A stretch of 64,000 nt of DNA from positions 1,240,001 through 1,304,000 of the forward strand of contig OX597842.1 of NCBI GenBank assembly GCA_951406725.2. The letters are read 5' to 3'. The notes under the pieces are model-generated. The model made no database searches. It was not told where the DNA came from and saw nothing but the letters and a program-made list of their open reading frames with translations. The position numbers were made by a program, and so were the translations under genes. This document shows positions 1-12,821 of this stretch, piece after piece; position 1 is the first letter of the stretch; each line of letters starts with the position of its first letter. The stretch comes from Octopus vulgaris. Taxonomy: Eukaryota.

Positions 1-679
1 AACAGTTTAATAACAGTAACCACCCTCAGCTTCCACCATAGACCCAAAACAGCTCCAGTACCAGACACAGGCATTCCTCACAGTATTCCAAGGAAGATCT
101 TGAAATAATTCCTTGATCTTGGCCCCTGTTTGTGTTAGGTTTTTTAGTCAGAGCAGGTGGTGTCTTCCTCAATTGCATTCCAGACAATAATCCATGGGAT
201 TACAATTAAAGTGATTAGCAGGCCACAGATTAGGATTGGTGAAGTTACTCATTACTCTTTAATCACAAAGCTTTGGTCAGCCCAAGGCTATAATAGAAGA
301 CACTTGCCCAAGTTGCCATTCAGTGGAATTGAACCCGGAACAATGTGGTTGAGAAGTTGGTGAAAAGTGTGAATCAAGGTGTTATTATAAAGTGTTTAGG
401 AAAGCAAGAATTACCCAGAATTACCCCAAAATATAAGGATACATCATTCCTGAATGAGATTGGAAGTGAGTTGTCTCACCTTACTATGACTCTTAAGTGT
501 TTCAACACTCAGCATTACAAGGGAGTTATATGTGAGCAACAGGCAGCAGGAAAAGGGGACAAGAGAGAGGAAGAAGGAAAGAAACAAAAGGGAATGAGAA
601 GAAGGGAGAAGGAAAGAAAGATAGTAGATAATGAAAGAAAGGCAAGTGACTACAGGCCATTTTTCTTGTTTCTCTGTCT

Positions 680-1008
680 TTTGTGGATTGGAGGGTCCGC
701 TATCCAGACATCATTTCTCTCACCTCTCGATATATTTCAAAATTTCTCCTAAGTGTTAAGCTCTATCTGCAACGATTTCATCTCAATCGAAGGAGAGGAG
801 CTTTCTCTGTCCAGGTTGCGGATCTGTGGAATAAGCTGCCGGACGAGATAGTGAAGATGCCGACGACCGCTCGGTTCAAAGTCTCTCTTGACCAGAAATG
901 GCCTGAGCTCTTTGCATGAACACCCTCTCTGTACATAACTCCATGTCCCCCTACATGGCCTTGCTTTTTGCTTTTTGAGCCAAAAAATTAACTTAACTTA
1001 ATTTAACT
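680..1008 (+). mobile_element. CR1-group LINE 3' fragment (RT C-terminus, 3'UTR, (TAACT)n-like tail)
   Basis: 751-919 encodes KLYLQRFHLNRRRGAFSVQVADLWNKLPDEIVKMPTTARFKVSLD, a CR1-type C-terminus. Near-identical to 43050-43280. Short-repeat tail at about 986-1008. Confidence 0.85.
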
Positions 1009-1130
1009 ATTACAAGTTGTCTTGGTCTAACATACCTTAATATCTGTCTTCGTTGATGTTTACTTCTGTACATCCACTCTGGTGTCGTTTGTTCATTCAA
1101 AGCCCTAAACTTCCACAAATTTCTGGATGC

Positions 1131-1190
1131 TGCTGTCTTATGAAGTTTTCCTGACTTCTTGTTAAAAGCACGAAACGGAGAGTAATATCA
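1131..1190 (+). ncRNA. Degenerate minimal type I hammerhead ribozyme motif
   Basis: tgctgt-CTTATGA...GAAAC-ggagaGTA-atatca. The core is one base off CUGAUGA and stem I pairs 5 of 6. Confidence 0.4.
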
Positions 1191-1374
1191 CAGATGACAA
1201 CTGAGGAGGGGGTTAGACTTCTTTTGGCATTTTGTCCTGTATTTATCTCTCGGTATGCTTACATATTTTTCACTTGTAGGTGATATCCTGTTCTTTATAT
1301 ATATTTTTTCATTTATTTAATAACTGAATCCTACGCAGCATCTGTCAACAGTATATATATATATGTACATATCT

Positions 1375-1775
1375 ATATGTGTGTGTCTTTGTGGATGTAT
1401 TTGTCCCCCCATCACCATTTGACAACTGGGTTGTTGATGTGCTTATATCCCTGTAACTTAGCAGTTTGGCAAAAGAGACTGATAGAATAAGTACTAGGCT
1501 TAACAAATAAGTCTTGGTGTTGATTTGTTTGGCTAAAATCTTTCAGGCAGTGCTCCAGTATGGCTGCAGTCAGATGACTGAAAGAAGTAAAAAATATATA
1601 GACATACACATGATGGGCTTCTTTCAGTTTCCGTCTACCAAATCTACTGACAAGGATTTGGTTGGTCCAAGGCTATAGTAGAAGTCATTTGCCCAAGATG
1701 TCATGCAGTGGGACTGAACCTGGAACCATGTGGTTGGGAAGCAAGCTTCTTACAACACAGCCATGCTTGCACCTA
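1375..1775. mobile_element. Fragments of the tRNA-derived CORE-like SINE (tail on +, head on -)
   Basis: Both pieces match the full copies at 5656 and 22508. Confidence 0.8.
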
Positions 1776-1844
1776 TTTGAAAGCAACATCATTTTATTTG
1801 TAAGAATCTGTTAAATAACATATTGCAATTTGATTGGCCACCAG

Positions 1845-2360
1845 CAGATATACACATACACATATATACACATGCACATACACTCATATACACACACACA
1901 TGCATATACATAAATGCACAGACACACAAACACACATACATGCACACATAAAAACACACACATGCACATACACTCACACACACTCATAAATACACATGCA
2001 TATATTCATACATACACACACATATACACAAACATACACACACACTCATAAATACACATGCATATATACATACATACACACACTCACACACATACACACA
2101 CACTCATAAATACATACATGCATATATTCATACATACACACACACATATACACAAACATACATACACACAAACATACACACACACACACACATACACAAA
2201 CATACATACACTCAAACAAGCACACTCACGCACATATACACACACTCATAAATACACATGCATATATACATACACACACACACATACACACACACACATA
2301 TACACAAACATACATACACACACCCTCACACACACACAGACACAAAAATACATACGCAAA
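1845..2360. repeat. Degenerate (CA)n/(CATA)n microsatellite
   Basis: Seen directly in the sequence. Confidence 0.95.
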
Positions 2361-2989
2361 CACCCCGAACACTCGACCACAAATGATTACTTTTAAAAAA
2401 TTCTAAATTCATAAGATTCGTATTCCTTTTATTTAAAATTAACTAAGCAAAAACAAAATACTTTAATTGCAAAAATAATTACGCACAATTTAAATTCCGT
2501 TAAGCAATCTATGTTTTAATTATTTACATGCGATCCCCCCCTCTACCAATTCCAATACAAACGGCGAGGAGAGTAAGCATATCTTCAACGACAACAGAGC
2601 TACAGGCATTCCACTTATAAAGCTGCCCTTCAAAGATATTTCCAAATGGTTTCCTCTGGACATAACTTTGCCAAATTCTTCAGATTTAAATCTGTAATTC
2701 TTCAAGTCAAGTTACTGTGCTTTACCGAATTTCATTGCTGTTGGTCATTTTCTTTTGGATTCATTATGGAGACAGACACACATACTGCCGTATCACAAAT
2801 TTATACAGGATATATATGTGTGTGTATGTGTGTGTGTGTGTGTGTACGTGTGTGTGTGCAGGCGTGGCTGTGTGGTAAGAAGCTTGCTTCATAACCACAT
2901 CGTCCCTGTTTCAGTCCCACTGTGCGGCATCATGGTTAAGTGTCTTCGATCTGTAGCCTCGGGCTGACCAAAGCCTTGTGAGTGAATTT

Positions 2990-3167
2990 CATCATCATCA
3001 TGGTTTAACGTCCGCTTTCCTTGCTAGCATGGGTTGGACGATTTGACTGAGGTCTGGTGACCAGATGGCTGCACCAGACTCCAATCTGATCTGGCAGACT
3101 TCCTACAGCTGGATGCCCTTCCTAATGCCAACCACTCCGAGAGTATGGAAATTGAAAGAAGCCCATC

Positions 3168-3250
<83 letters not shown>

Positions 3251-3862
3251 TATTATTATCATCATCGTTTAACATCCGTTTTCCATGCTAGCACGGGTTG
3301 GACGGTTCGACCGGGGTCTGGGAAGCCAGAAGGCTGCACCAGGCTCCAGTCTGATCTGGCAGTGTTTCTACAGCTGGATGCCCTTCCTAACGCCAACCAC
3401 TCCGTGAGTGTAGTGTGTGCTTTTTACATGCCACCGGCACAGGTGCCAGGGGAGGCTGGCAGCGGCCATGATCAGTTGGTGCTTTTAATGTGCCACCGGC
3501 ACAGAAGCCAGTAAAGGCAGCGCTGGCATCTACCACGTTTGGATGGTGCTTTTTATGTGCAACCGGCACAGGTATCACAACTACTATTTCCATTGATATT
3601 TGTTTTGACGTTGATGTACTTGACTCAATAGGTCTCCTCAAGCACAGCGGGTTGTTCTGAAATCCAAGGTACTTTGAATGGGCTGGGGCTATGCGGAGAT
3701 GGTGCAGGAAGCAGCCCGGGTCTTTGCAGTCACAGCATATCTCCAGAGATCTCGGTCCTTCGTCATTGCCTCTGTGAGGCCCAACGCTCTGAGGTCATGC
3801 TTGACTACCTCATCCCATGTCTTCTTGGGTCTACCTCTCCCCCTGATACCTTCAACTGTTTG
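2990..3862 (-). mobile_element. RTE-clade LINE 3' end plus a second RTE-type tail
   Basis: Minus frame reads VEGIRGRGRPKKTWDEVVKHDLRALGLTEAMTKDRDLWR (RTE C-terminal R-x-RGRP-x-x-x-W motif). The 3'UTR ends ...GCATGGAAAACGGATGTTAAACGATGATGAT. A second tail copy lies at 2990-3145. Confidence 0.85.
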
Positions 3863-4167
3863 GGAGTGGCATATATATATATGTATATATATATATATAC
3901 AACAGGCTTCTTTCAATTTACATCTACACTCTCAGAGTGGTTGACATTAGGAAGAGCATCCAGCTGTAGAAACTCTGCCAGATGAGACTGAAATCTGGTG
4001 CAGTCTCTTGGTTTCCCCCATGCCAGCAGGGAAAACGGATGTTAAACAATGATGATGATAGCTGATCTTACCAATTGGTTTCACACAAGGAATACAATGG
4101 AAAGTTTGGTAACAATCCAATCATATAACCTTACGCTCGTCAGAGTTAGCTGATATGGAAGGGAATA

Positions 4168-4904
4168 TTTTTATTTTATTTTATTTATTTTATCTAGTTT
4201 CAGCTCACAAGCTGTGGCCATGCTGGGGCACCGCCATTTGGTGTTGCTACATGATTTTACTTCACGAATGCTTTTTAGCAATTGCCTTTTGGTGCATGAG
4301 AGAGTTCGATGCAGCTGCCCTCATCTGCACCTCCTGTCGTGAAGTTGGTTCATCCAGGACACCAGACAGGAAGAGATCCAGTCCTACTTTAAAGACATCC
4401 GCATCCACCCCATGCAGGTTCTTCGGGAGGATATTGAAGAGCTGTGGGCCTCTGAAGCCCAGGCTATCACAGTATCTTGTCCTACATCTTGATGGCAAAC
4501 CTGGAGTCCTTGGCACTATGCAGTGGCGCCCAGTTCTAGCATTTGTGTAACTCTCGATGCCAAAGTTTGGGACAAGTCCCTCCAGGATCTTCCAGATGTA
4601 TATTATGGCATATCTTTCTTGCCTACACTCTAAGGAATAGAGTCTTAATCTCTTGAGTCTTTCCCAGTAGCTTATATGCTGCACAGAGGCTATCTTCTTC
4701 ATGTAGCTTCGTTGGATCGCCTCAAGTTCTGTGATTAACTTGACACTGGATGGTGACCATAGCTGAGAACAATAGTCAAAGTGGCTTAGGACAAGTGTCC
4801 TCCAGAGGACCATCATGGTTTCCTGGTCTCTTGTTCTAAAGGTTCAAAGAATCCATCTGGTCAGCCGCCTACATTTCATTGCCAATTTAGCAACATGCAC
4901 ATGA
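4168..4904 (-). mobile_element. 5'-truncated CR1-group/L2-like LINE (RT thumb and C-terminus, 3'UTR, A-rich tail)
   Basis: ORF 4262-4816 reads LVLSHFDYCSQLWSP...LEAIQRSY...SYWERLKRLRLYSLE...GPQLFNILP...FK..LD. The tail is (TAAAA)n. An empty-site copy at about 14650 shows this segment is an insertion. Confidence 0.88.
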
Positions 4905-5079
4905 AATATATATATATACACGACAGGCTTCTTTCAGTTTCCGTCTACCAAATCCACTCACAAGGCTTTCATCAGTGTGAGGTTATAGTAGAAGATACCT
5001 GATCAAGGTGCTACGCAGTGGGACTGAACCCAAAATCATGTTGATGGGAAGCAAGCTTCATACCACACCTATACATACG

Positions 5080-5630
5080 TACAAAAGTATGTTTGTATAT
5101 TCAGCTCTCAAACAAACAGAACTTGAAGTTTCCACCCCTGATGTAGCTAAGAGGATACAAGCAGCTTTGATGAAACATCCTGGCCATGTTGTAGGATCAC
5201 AGAATTTTGTGAGGAAATATTTTTGAATATTTTACCAAAATGCCACATAAACCAGAAGCGGAGAATCTGTTTTTAACAGTATGATTTTCCCGAAATATAA
5301 CATAATTGGCTGCAACACACACAGTTTGAAATAAAAAAATCTTACAAATCAAATTCAAGCGAAATAAAATAAAATTAAAAAATGGTTATAATTATAATGA
5401 AAAATTAATTATTAATTATTATTATTATTGCTTTCATAACAAAATTAATATCACTTGAAATAATTTTTTTAATGAAGACAACTTTTTGTCAGTTTTTTTA
5501 ATGTGATTTATAATCTGTTGTGATGGAAAATGATTTAGAAAAACAAAAAAAAATCATTTTCTAGTTAATGTATTTTCAGAGCCACCATCTTGTTTAGGTG
5601 TAGTGTTAAAAACTTAAGGACTACCCTGTA
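5080..5630 (-). mobile_element. Tc1/mariner-like DNA transposon remnant with one terminus
   Basis: Terminus reads TA-CAGGGTAGTCCTTAAGTTTT on the minus strand, abutting a TA run. The same end is duplicated at 6087-6150. No clean coding frame. Confidence 0.45.
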
Positions 5631-5655
5631 TGTATATATATGTATATATATATAT

Positions 5656-5821
5656 AGGCGCAGGAGTGGCTGTGTGGTAAGTAGCTTGCTTACCAACCAC
5701 ATGGTTCTGGGTTCAGTCCCACTGCCTGGCAACTTGGGCAAGTGTCTTCTACTATAGCCTCGGACCGACCAAAGCCTTGCGAGTGGATTTGGTAGATGGA
5801 AACTGAAAGAAGCCTGTTGTA

Positions 5822-5870
<49 letters not shown>

Positions 5871-6086
5871 ATGTGTGTGAGTGTTTGTGTATGTGTGTTT
5901 GTCACCCTAGCATTGCTTGACAACCGATGCTGGTGTGTTTACGTCCCTGTCACTTAGCGGTTCAGCAAAAAGAGACCGATAGAATAAGTACTGGGCTTAC
6001 AAAGAATAAGTCCCAGGGTCGATTTGCTTGACTAAAGGTGGTGCTCCTGCATGGCCACAGTCAAATGACTGAAACAAGTAAAGAGT
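5656..6086 (+). mobile_element. Full-length tRNA-derived SINE with CORE-like body (octopus OR-like)
   Basis: A box TGGCTGTGTGG, B box GGTTCAGTCC, CORE-like CTTGGGCAAGT, internal (TA/TG)n, tail GGTGCTCC...CAGTCAAATGACTGAAACAAGTAAAAGAG. Confidence 0.9.
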
Positions 6087-6176
6087 AATGTATTTTCAGA
6101 GCCACCATCTTGTTTAGGTGTAGTGTCAAAAACTTAAGGACTACCCTGTATGTATATATATGTATATATATATATA

Positions 6177-6570
6177 GGCGCAGGAGTGGCTGAGTGGTAA
6201 GTAGCTTGCTTACCAACCACATGGTTCTGGGTTCAGTCCCACTGCATAGCACCTCGGCAAGTGTCTTCTACTATAGCTTCGGGCCGACCAAAGCCTCGTG
6301 AGTGGATTTGGTAGACGGAAACTGAAAGAAGCCTGTTGTATATATGTATATATATGTAGGTGTGTGTGTGTTTGTCCACACAACATCGCCTGACAACCGT
6401 TGCTGGTGTGTTTACGTCCCGGTAACTTAGCGGTTCGGCAAAAGAGACCGATAGAATAAGTACTAGGCTTACAAAGAATAAGTTCTGGGGGTTGGTTTGT
6501 TTGACTGAAGATGATGCTCCAGCATGGCCATGGTCAAATGACTGAAACAAGTAAAAGAGAAAAGAGAGAG
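6177..6570 (+). mobile_element. Full-length CORE-like SINE; second unit of a local tandem duplication (5566-6086 / 6087-6570)
   Basis: Preceded by the same ~90 bp flank as the copy at 5656. Confidence 0.9.
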
Positions 6571-6841
6571 TAATAAGTCCTTCGGTTGATTTCATCGCCT
6601 GAAAGGTGATACTCCAGCATTGGCTTAAACAAGTAAAAGAATGAAAGATATTGTATGTGTGTGTGTGTGTGTGTTTATGTTAGTCTCCTGCCACCCCTTG
6701 AAAATCAGTGCTGGTTTATTTATGTCCCTGTAACTTAGCAGTCTGGCAAAAGAGAGTGATATAATATGTACCAGACTTAAAGAGCAAAAATAGCACTCGT
6801 GTCGATTTGTATCACTAAAAACAACCATTCAAGGTACTTAT

Positions 6842-7241
6842 TTGTGACAGCATCCACCCAGGGTGGGTGAAGCCTGCTTCTTCTCTGTTCCTAACGGCAA
6901 CCCCTAAAGTCCAACCCCTCCTCAAAGCAGTAGGGTGGTGTAAACGGGCAGTGTCAGAGCTATGCCGTTGGGAACTTCAGTTCCTGGTAGGGCCACCGAA
7001 GGTGGATTGGTCAGGCACCAAGCGGTATTAGGACCGAAGCCTGGCCAACGGGCCTCTGGTGAAAATTCCAAGAGGCGTCTGATCAGCAACTGGCGGCTTC
7101 GAAGTCGTTCTGTCCCTGCGTCTGTGGCGACTCCGTGGCAAACAGGGTGTCCCGTCACTCGGGATATGCCTGCAGGATGTCGGGGACTGCTTGTGAATTC
7201 GATATTCCCACGAAACTTCTTCTATGAATCCTACTACTACC
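6842..7241 (+). mobile_element. GC-rich short non-autonomous element with RTE-5'UTR-like structured motif and (TAC)n tail
   Basis: Contains AGAGCTATGCCG...GGAAC-TTCA-GTTCC-TGGTAGGGCCACC. Homologous to 32450-32992 on the minus strand. Confidence 0.65.
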
Positions 7242-7609
7242 ATGGCAATAAATAATTCAAGGTGCTACTCCAGCCTGGCCACAGTCCAATGACTGAAGCA
7301 AGCATTGACGTTGGTTTGTTTACATCCCCATAACCCAGCCAGTAATTCAGTAAAACAAACCTATAGAATATACACCAAAGTTAAAGATGAAAAAAATAAG
7401 TATCAGGGGTCAATTTGTTCAACTCAAAAGCCCTTCAAGGTGGTGCCCCAGCATGGCTGCTGTCCAATGAGTGAAACCAGCAAAAGGTAAAATATGAAAA
7501 ATATTTCCATGAGTTGTTTCGACAATTTGTGACTGGGTTTAATTGAAACAAATCACCCTCCATTCAGCGATTACCCTGTTGTACCAGCAACTGCTGTTTT
7601 CCATCCGTC

Positions 7610-8210
7610 TGTGTGTGACAGGGGTGGACGACGACCATGTGAATGTGAGTGTTAGTGTGAATGTGAGGCCATGTGATTGCATGTGTGTGCGTGTGCATGT
7701 GTGTATGTGTGTGTTAGTGTATGAGTGCATCAGTGTGAATATGAGGCTATGTGAATGCATGTGTGTGTGTGTGTGTGCATACATGTTAGGGCATGTGTGT
7801 ATATGTGTGTGTTACTGTATGAGTGTGTGTCAGTGTGAATGTGAGGCCATGTCATTGCGTGTGTGTGCACATACGTGTTAGGGTATGTGTATGTGTGTGT
7901 TGGTGTATGAATGTGTGTCAGTGTGAATGTGAGACCATGTGATTGCACGAGCATGTGTGTGTGTGCATCTACGTGTGTGCATGCATACATGTTATGGTGT
8001 GTGTGTGAAACTGTGTGATTGTGTGTGATGTGTGTTAGTGTATGAGTGTGTGTCAGTGTGTGTGTGTGGCTATGTGATTGCATATGTGTGTGTGTGTGTG
8101 TCTGTCTGTCTATGAATGTGTGTGTACAAGTATGTATGTGGGTGTATATGAGTGTATATATACAAGGATATGCATTTGTGTATGTAACTATATGTTGCTG
8201 CATATATGCC

Positions 8211-8245
<35 letters not shown>

Positions 8246-9570
8246 GCAGTCTGCATATGCATGTATGTGTGCATGCATATGTGTGTATATATGGATATGC
8301 ATCTGTGTATGTGTGTATATGTGTCTATATATAGATATGGGTCTAAATATGTATGTATATGTGTGTATATATGGAATAGCGTGTGTGTGTGTGTATGAAT
8401 GTATATATAGATATACAACTGTGTGTGTGGTTGTACATATGTGTGAATATATGATCAAACATGTGTGTGCATGCATGTGTGCATGCAAAAGTGCATATGT
8501 GTGGGTATGAGTGCATATATGTGTGTTTATATGGATGTGTGTCTGTGTGTATATGAGAGTATATATGGAATGTGTCTATGCATGTGTGTATATAGGGGCA
8601 TGCATCTGTGTGTATGTATATGAGGGTTTATATAGACATGTGTCTGTGTGTGCATGTGTGTATGTGTATATATATAAGTTTACGTGTGTATGTATGTGGG
8701 TACCTGCCACTGTGTGTACATCTATGCATATGGATGTGCAACTGTGTATGTGTTTATATGTGTGTGTTTGTGTAAGTGTGTGTATATGTATAAGTACATG
8801 CCTACACATAAGTACATGCATGTGTGTCTGAATGTGTATGTGTTGCATGTGTATGCATATACATGTGTGCATGTATGTGAGTGTATGTGTGTGCGTATGT
8901 TGCTTTGTGCGTGTTTGTGTATATAGATGTGTGACTGCAAGTGTATGTGTTTATGTATGAGTATCTGTATATGTATATATAAATGAGTGTGTGTGTGTGT
9001 ATATATTATTCTGTGTGTGTATTATTCCATGTGTGTGTACTTGTATATGCAAGTGTACCTCTGTGTGTGTGTGTGTGTATTTGTGTGTGTGTGTGTATTT
9101 GTGAAGCTGTGTGTGTGTGTGTGTGTATTTGTGTGTGCGTGTGTATTTGTGAACCTCTGTGTGTGTGTGGGTATTTGTGTGTGTGTGTGTATTTGTGTGT
9201 GTATTTGTGTGTGTGTGTATTTATGTGTGTGTATTTGTGTGTGTGTGTATTTATCTGTGTGTATTTGTGTGTGTGTGTATTTATGTGTGTGTATTTGTGT
9301 GTGTGTGTGTATTTATGTGTGTGTATTTGTGTGTGTACGTATTTATGTGTGTGTATTTGTGTGTGTGTGTGTATTTATGTGTGTATTTGTGTGTGTGTAT
9401 TTATGTGTGTGTATTTGTGTGTGTGTATTTGTGTGTGTGTGTGTATTTATGTGTGTGTATTTGTGAACCTCTGTGTGTATGTGTGTATTTGTGTGTGTGT
9501 GTATTTGTGTACCTCTGTGTGTGTGTGTATACCTGTACGTGTGTGTGCGTGTGTGTGTGTGTGTGTGTGG
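7610..9570. repeat. Long degenerate (GT)n/(GTAT)n/(GTGTATTT)n microsatellite-minisatellite field
   Basis: Seen directly in the sequence. Confidence 0.95.
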
Positions 9571-9918
9571 TTCCATTGTTTTAATGTGTCATGGTTCTGT
9601 ATCACTTGCTGAGATTTATTTTTCGAAAATTGAGTCAATATTCTAAATTAAATTGTGAAAACAACAACAACAACAACAACATGGACAAAAATGACGGTGA
9701 TGACGGCCGTCAGAACAACGATGCTGACGACAACAACAACTCTAAAACACACAAGAAAATAATAATAATAATAATAATAATAATAGCGACAATGATAGTG
9801 ATAATAATAATGATAATAATAAAAGGATTAAATCAGAATATTACATAGGAGTAAAAGTAAATCAACACAAGCAGGAGTAAATACAGAACAAATATATATA
9901 CATATATACATATATATA

Positions 9919-9956
<38 letters not shown>

Positions 9957-10168
9957 CATGCATGTGCCTGTGACTGTACATATGTATGTGTGTCTGTGTA
10001 TATATATGTGTGTCTGTGTGTGTATATATGTATATATATATATATATGTATGTGTGTATATGTGTCTGAGTGTATATATGTGTGTGTGTATGTGCATATA
10101 TGCATATACATATATTTGCATATGTATATACAAACACACACATAGATATGTAGATATATTTTCAAATG

Positions 10169-10208
<40 letters not shown>

Positions 10209-10639
10209 CACATATGTATGTAGATATATTTTCAATATATATATATATATGCACTCACATAGATATATATACATATATATTGCCCACACATATACAGGTT
10301 TAAATACATGTGTGTATGTGTATGTATGTTTGTGTATGCATGTACATATGCAACATATTTAATACATAAACACCATCATCAGAAACAGCTGCAGAAGCAA
10401 CAAAGCAGCACCCACTGCAGCGGCAGCAGCAACAGACAGACCAAAATAAATAAATAAAATAAAACAGGGACACATACAGGAACAAGAACAACGTATGTTA
10501 CGTCAGCAGATAAGCAGCATATTTAAAATCAACAACAATAAGCAACAATGGCAAGAGCAGCGAAGCTAGAGAAGCATCAACAACACCACAAAATATGGAT
10601 AATAATACATAAGCAGCAAATAAGTAAACAGAACAACGG

Positions 10640-11300
10640 CAAAAAGAAGGAGGAGAAGAAGAAGAAGAAGAAGAAGAAGAAGAAGAAGAAGAAGGAGAAG
10701 AAGAAGAAGAAGGAGAAGAAGAAGAAGAAGAAGAAGAAGGAGAAGAAGAAGGAGGAGAAGAAGGAGGAGAAGAAGGAGGAGAAGAAGGAGGAGGAGGAGG
10801 AGGAGGAGGAGAATGTGGAGAAGAGGAAGAAGAAGGAGGAGGGGGAGGAGAAGGCAAGAAGGAGAGGAAGAAGAAGTAGAAGGAAGAGGAAAGAGAGAGG
10901 AAGAAGAAGAAAGAGAGGAAGAAGGAGAAGAAGAAGGAGGAGAAGGAGGAGAAGAAGGAGGAGGAGGAGGAGAAGGTGGAGAAGAGGAAGAAGAAGGAGG
11001 AGGAGGAGGAGGAGAAGGATAAGAAGGAGAGGAAGAAGAAGTAGAAGGAAGAGGAAAGGGAGAGGAAGAAGAAGAAAGAGAGGAAGAAGAAGGAGAGGAA
11101 GAAGAAGAAGAAGGAGAGGAAGAAGAAGAAGAAGAAGTAGAAGGAAGAGGAGAAGGAGAGGAAGGAGAAGAAGATGAAGGAGAAGGAGAGGAAGTAGAAG
11201 ATGAAGGAAAGGATGAAGACAAACTGAAAGAAGAATAAGATGAAGAAGAAGAATTGGAATAATAATAATAATAAGAAGAAGAATAAGAAGAATTGAAGGA
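10640..11300. repeat. Polypurine (GAA/GGA)n tract with higher-order units
   Basis: About 650 bp, almost pyrimidine-free on the + strand. Confidence 0.95.
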
Positions 11301-11724
11301 GGAACAACAACAGTGATAACAAAAGTAGTGAAACATCAATACATGAACAACAACAAAATATGTATATTAATACACAAGCAACAAATAAGCATAGACAACT
11401 GTCATCATGACAACAAGAATAGTAACAACAACACCAAAAGTACAGATACTTTAACAACACAACAAAATGTGTATAACAATACACCAGCAACAAATAAGTG
11501 AAGACAATAGCAGCAACAAAGGTTTAAAAGGAGGGTGAGTGGGTGGGTTGGAGTCAAAATAACAATGAGCATCAACAATTTTTAAAAAACCACAAAGACG
11601 TTGGAATGCTTAACTGGGGGTAGGTGTGGGTGGATTGTCATAGAAACTACAATAATGGCTTAGCAACGACAACAACAATGAAATAAATGAGGGTGGGCAT
11701 GGGTGGTTTGTATAGAAACAATAA

Positions 11725-11941
11725 TCATTCTTTCTAACATAGGCCGAAGGATTGAAATCTTGATGAGAGGGGCTAATCAATTTGATTGACTTCAGTGCTC
11801 AACTGGTACTTAATTTATCAACCTAGAAAGGGTGAAAGGCAAAGGCAAGCTTCAGTAGGATTTGAACTCAGAATCTAAAGACAGCTGAGTGGCAACTAAG
11901 TATTTCGTCTGGCATACTAATCATTCTGCTCACTTGCTGCC

Positions 11942-11945
<4 letters not shown>
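11725..11945 (-). mobile_element. MetaSINE-like tRNA-derived SINE (diverged copy)
   Basis: Reverse complement of a GCCTTTCACCCTTTC...GTTGATAAATTAAGTACCAG Meta-like domain. Confidence 0.75.
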
Positions 11946-11984
<39 letters not shown>

Positions 11985-12745
11985 GCATGTCCTGATGCAG
12001 CACCACAGTACCAGGCAGTGGCTCTCATGGCTTCTGATCTTAACTGATTGGAAGCTTTATCATGTACATTGTTTTGTCTCGGTGTAAAAGAGTGGTTCTT
12101 AAAGCGGACAATATTTCCCCTGTGGGAGCTGTGGAAAGTTCCAAGGGCGTTGAAGAAAAGTGGGGTGATTATGGGGTAGCGACTCATGTAAAAATTGGGG
12201 TGATAATGGAGTTGCAATTTATGTAAAAACAACAAAATAATGGGTTCGTTAGGTTAAGTTTTATTTGTGAAGTAAAGTTGCTTTGAATTTGCTTTAGAAA
12301 GAGGTTTATGATTGGGATGGGGGCACTAGGAATGTGACCTGGGTGTCAAGGGGGTGGCAGCCCAAAAGAGTTTGGGAACCACTAAGATGGGCTACAGCAA
12401 ATATTCTGCTCAATACCACAGATTTGCTTGTCAGTTGTTTGACCTTAACATGTTGAGCATGTCCCTTGGAGGCTGATGATATGTGCATCTCTGATCATGA
12501 GCAGAAGTAGTGGGGGAGAATCATAGCCTTGTGTTGAAAGGAATTATTTGGAGTTTGGATAATTCACCTCTGGAAACATGGGTGTTTCGTTCAACACGCT
12601 TAAACAACCCTTATTCGGGGACCCTTTGAACAGGATGGGTTACTTGACCAGAAGAAAATTTTAACTGGGCCCCACCTGCAAGGTCATGGGCTGTGTATCT
12701 TGACATGAGATCACCGTGTTGTTGTGATGCATGTGCCTAGTGTAC
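11985..12745 (+). mobile_element. (AAT)n-associated ~560-bp non-coding element, interrupted by a MITE and 3'-truncated
   Basis: Matches copies at 46290, 48745, 49560 and 62995. Confidence 0.85.
12090..12383. mobile_element. hAT (Charlie-like) MITE nested in the 560-bp element
   Basis: Termini AGTGGTTCTTAAAG ... TTTGGGAACCACT split the host's GGTATAAAAG|ATGGGCTACAGC. A related half copy lies at 47842-47960. Confidence 0.75.
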
Positions 12746-12821
12746 TGGTGTTTGACTGGTACTTATTTCATCAACTCCGAAAGGATGAAGGGCAAAGTTG
12801 ACTTCAGTGGAATTTGAACTC

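Noticed and set aside
7539-11501. Long ORFs rich in YI/CV/HT/poly-K/E/S (also at 17-20, 24-25, 27-28, 40, 45, 52-53 and 57-60 kb)
   Set aside because: They are translations of stop-poor microsatellites, open in several frames at once, with no domain signal.
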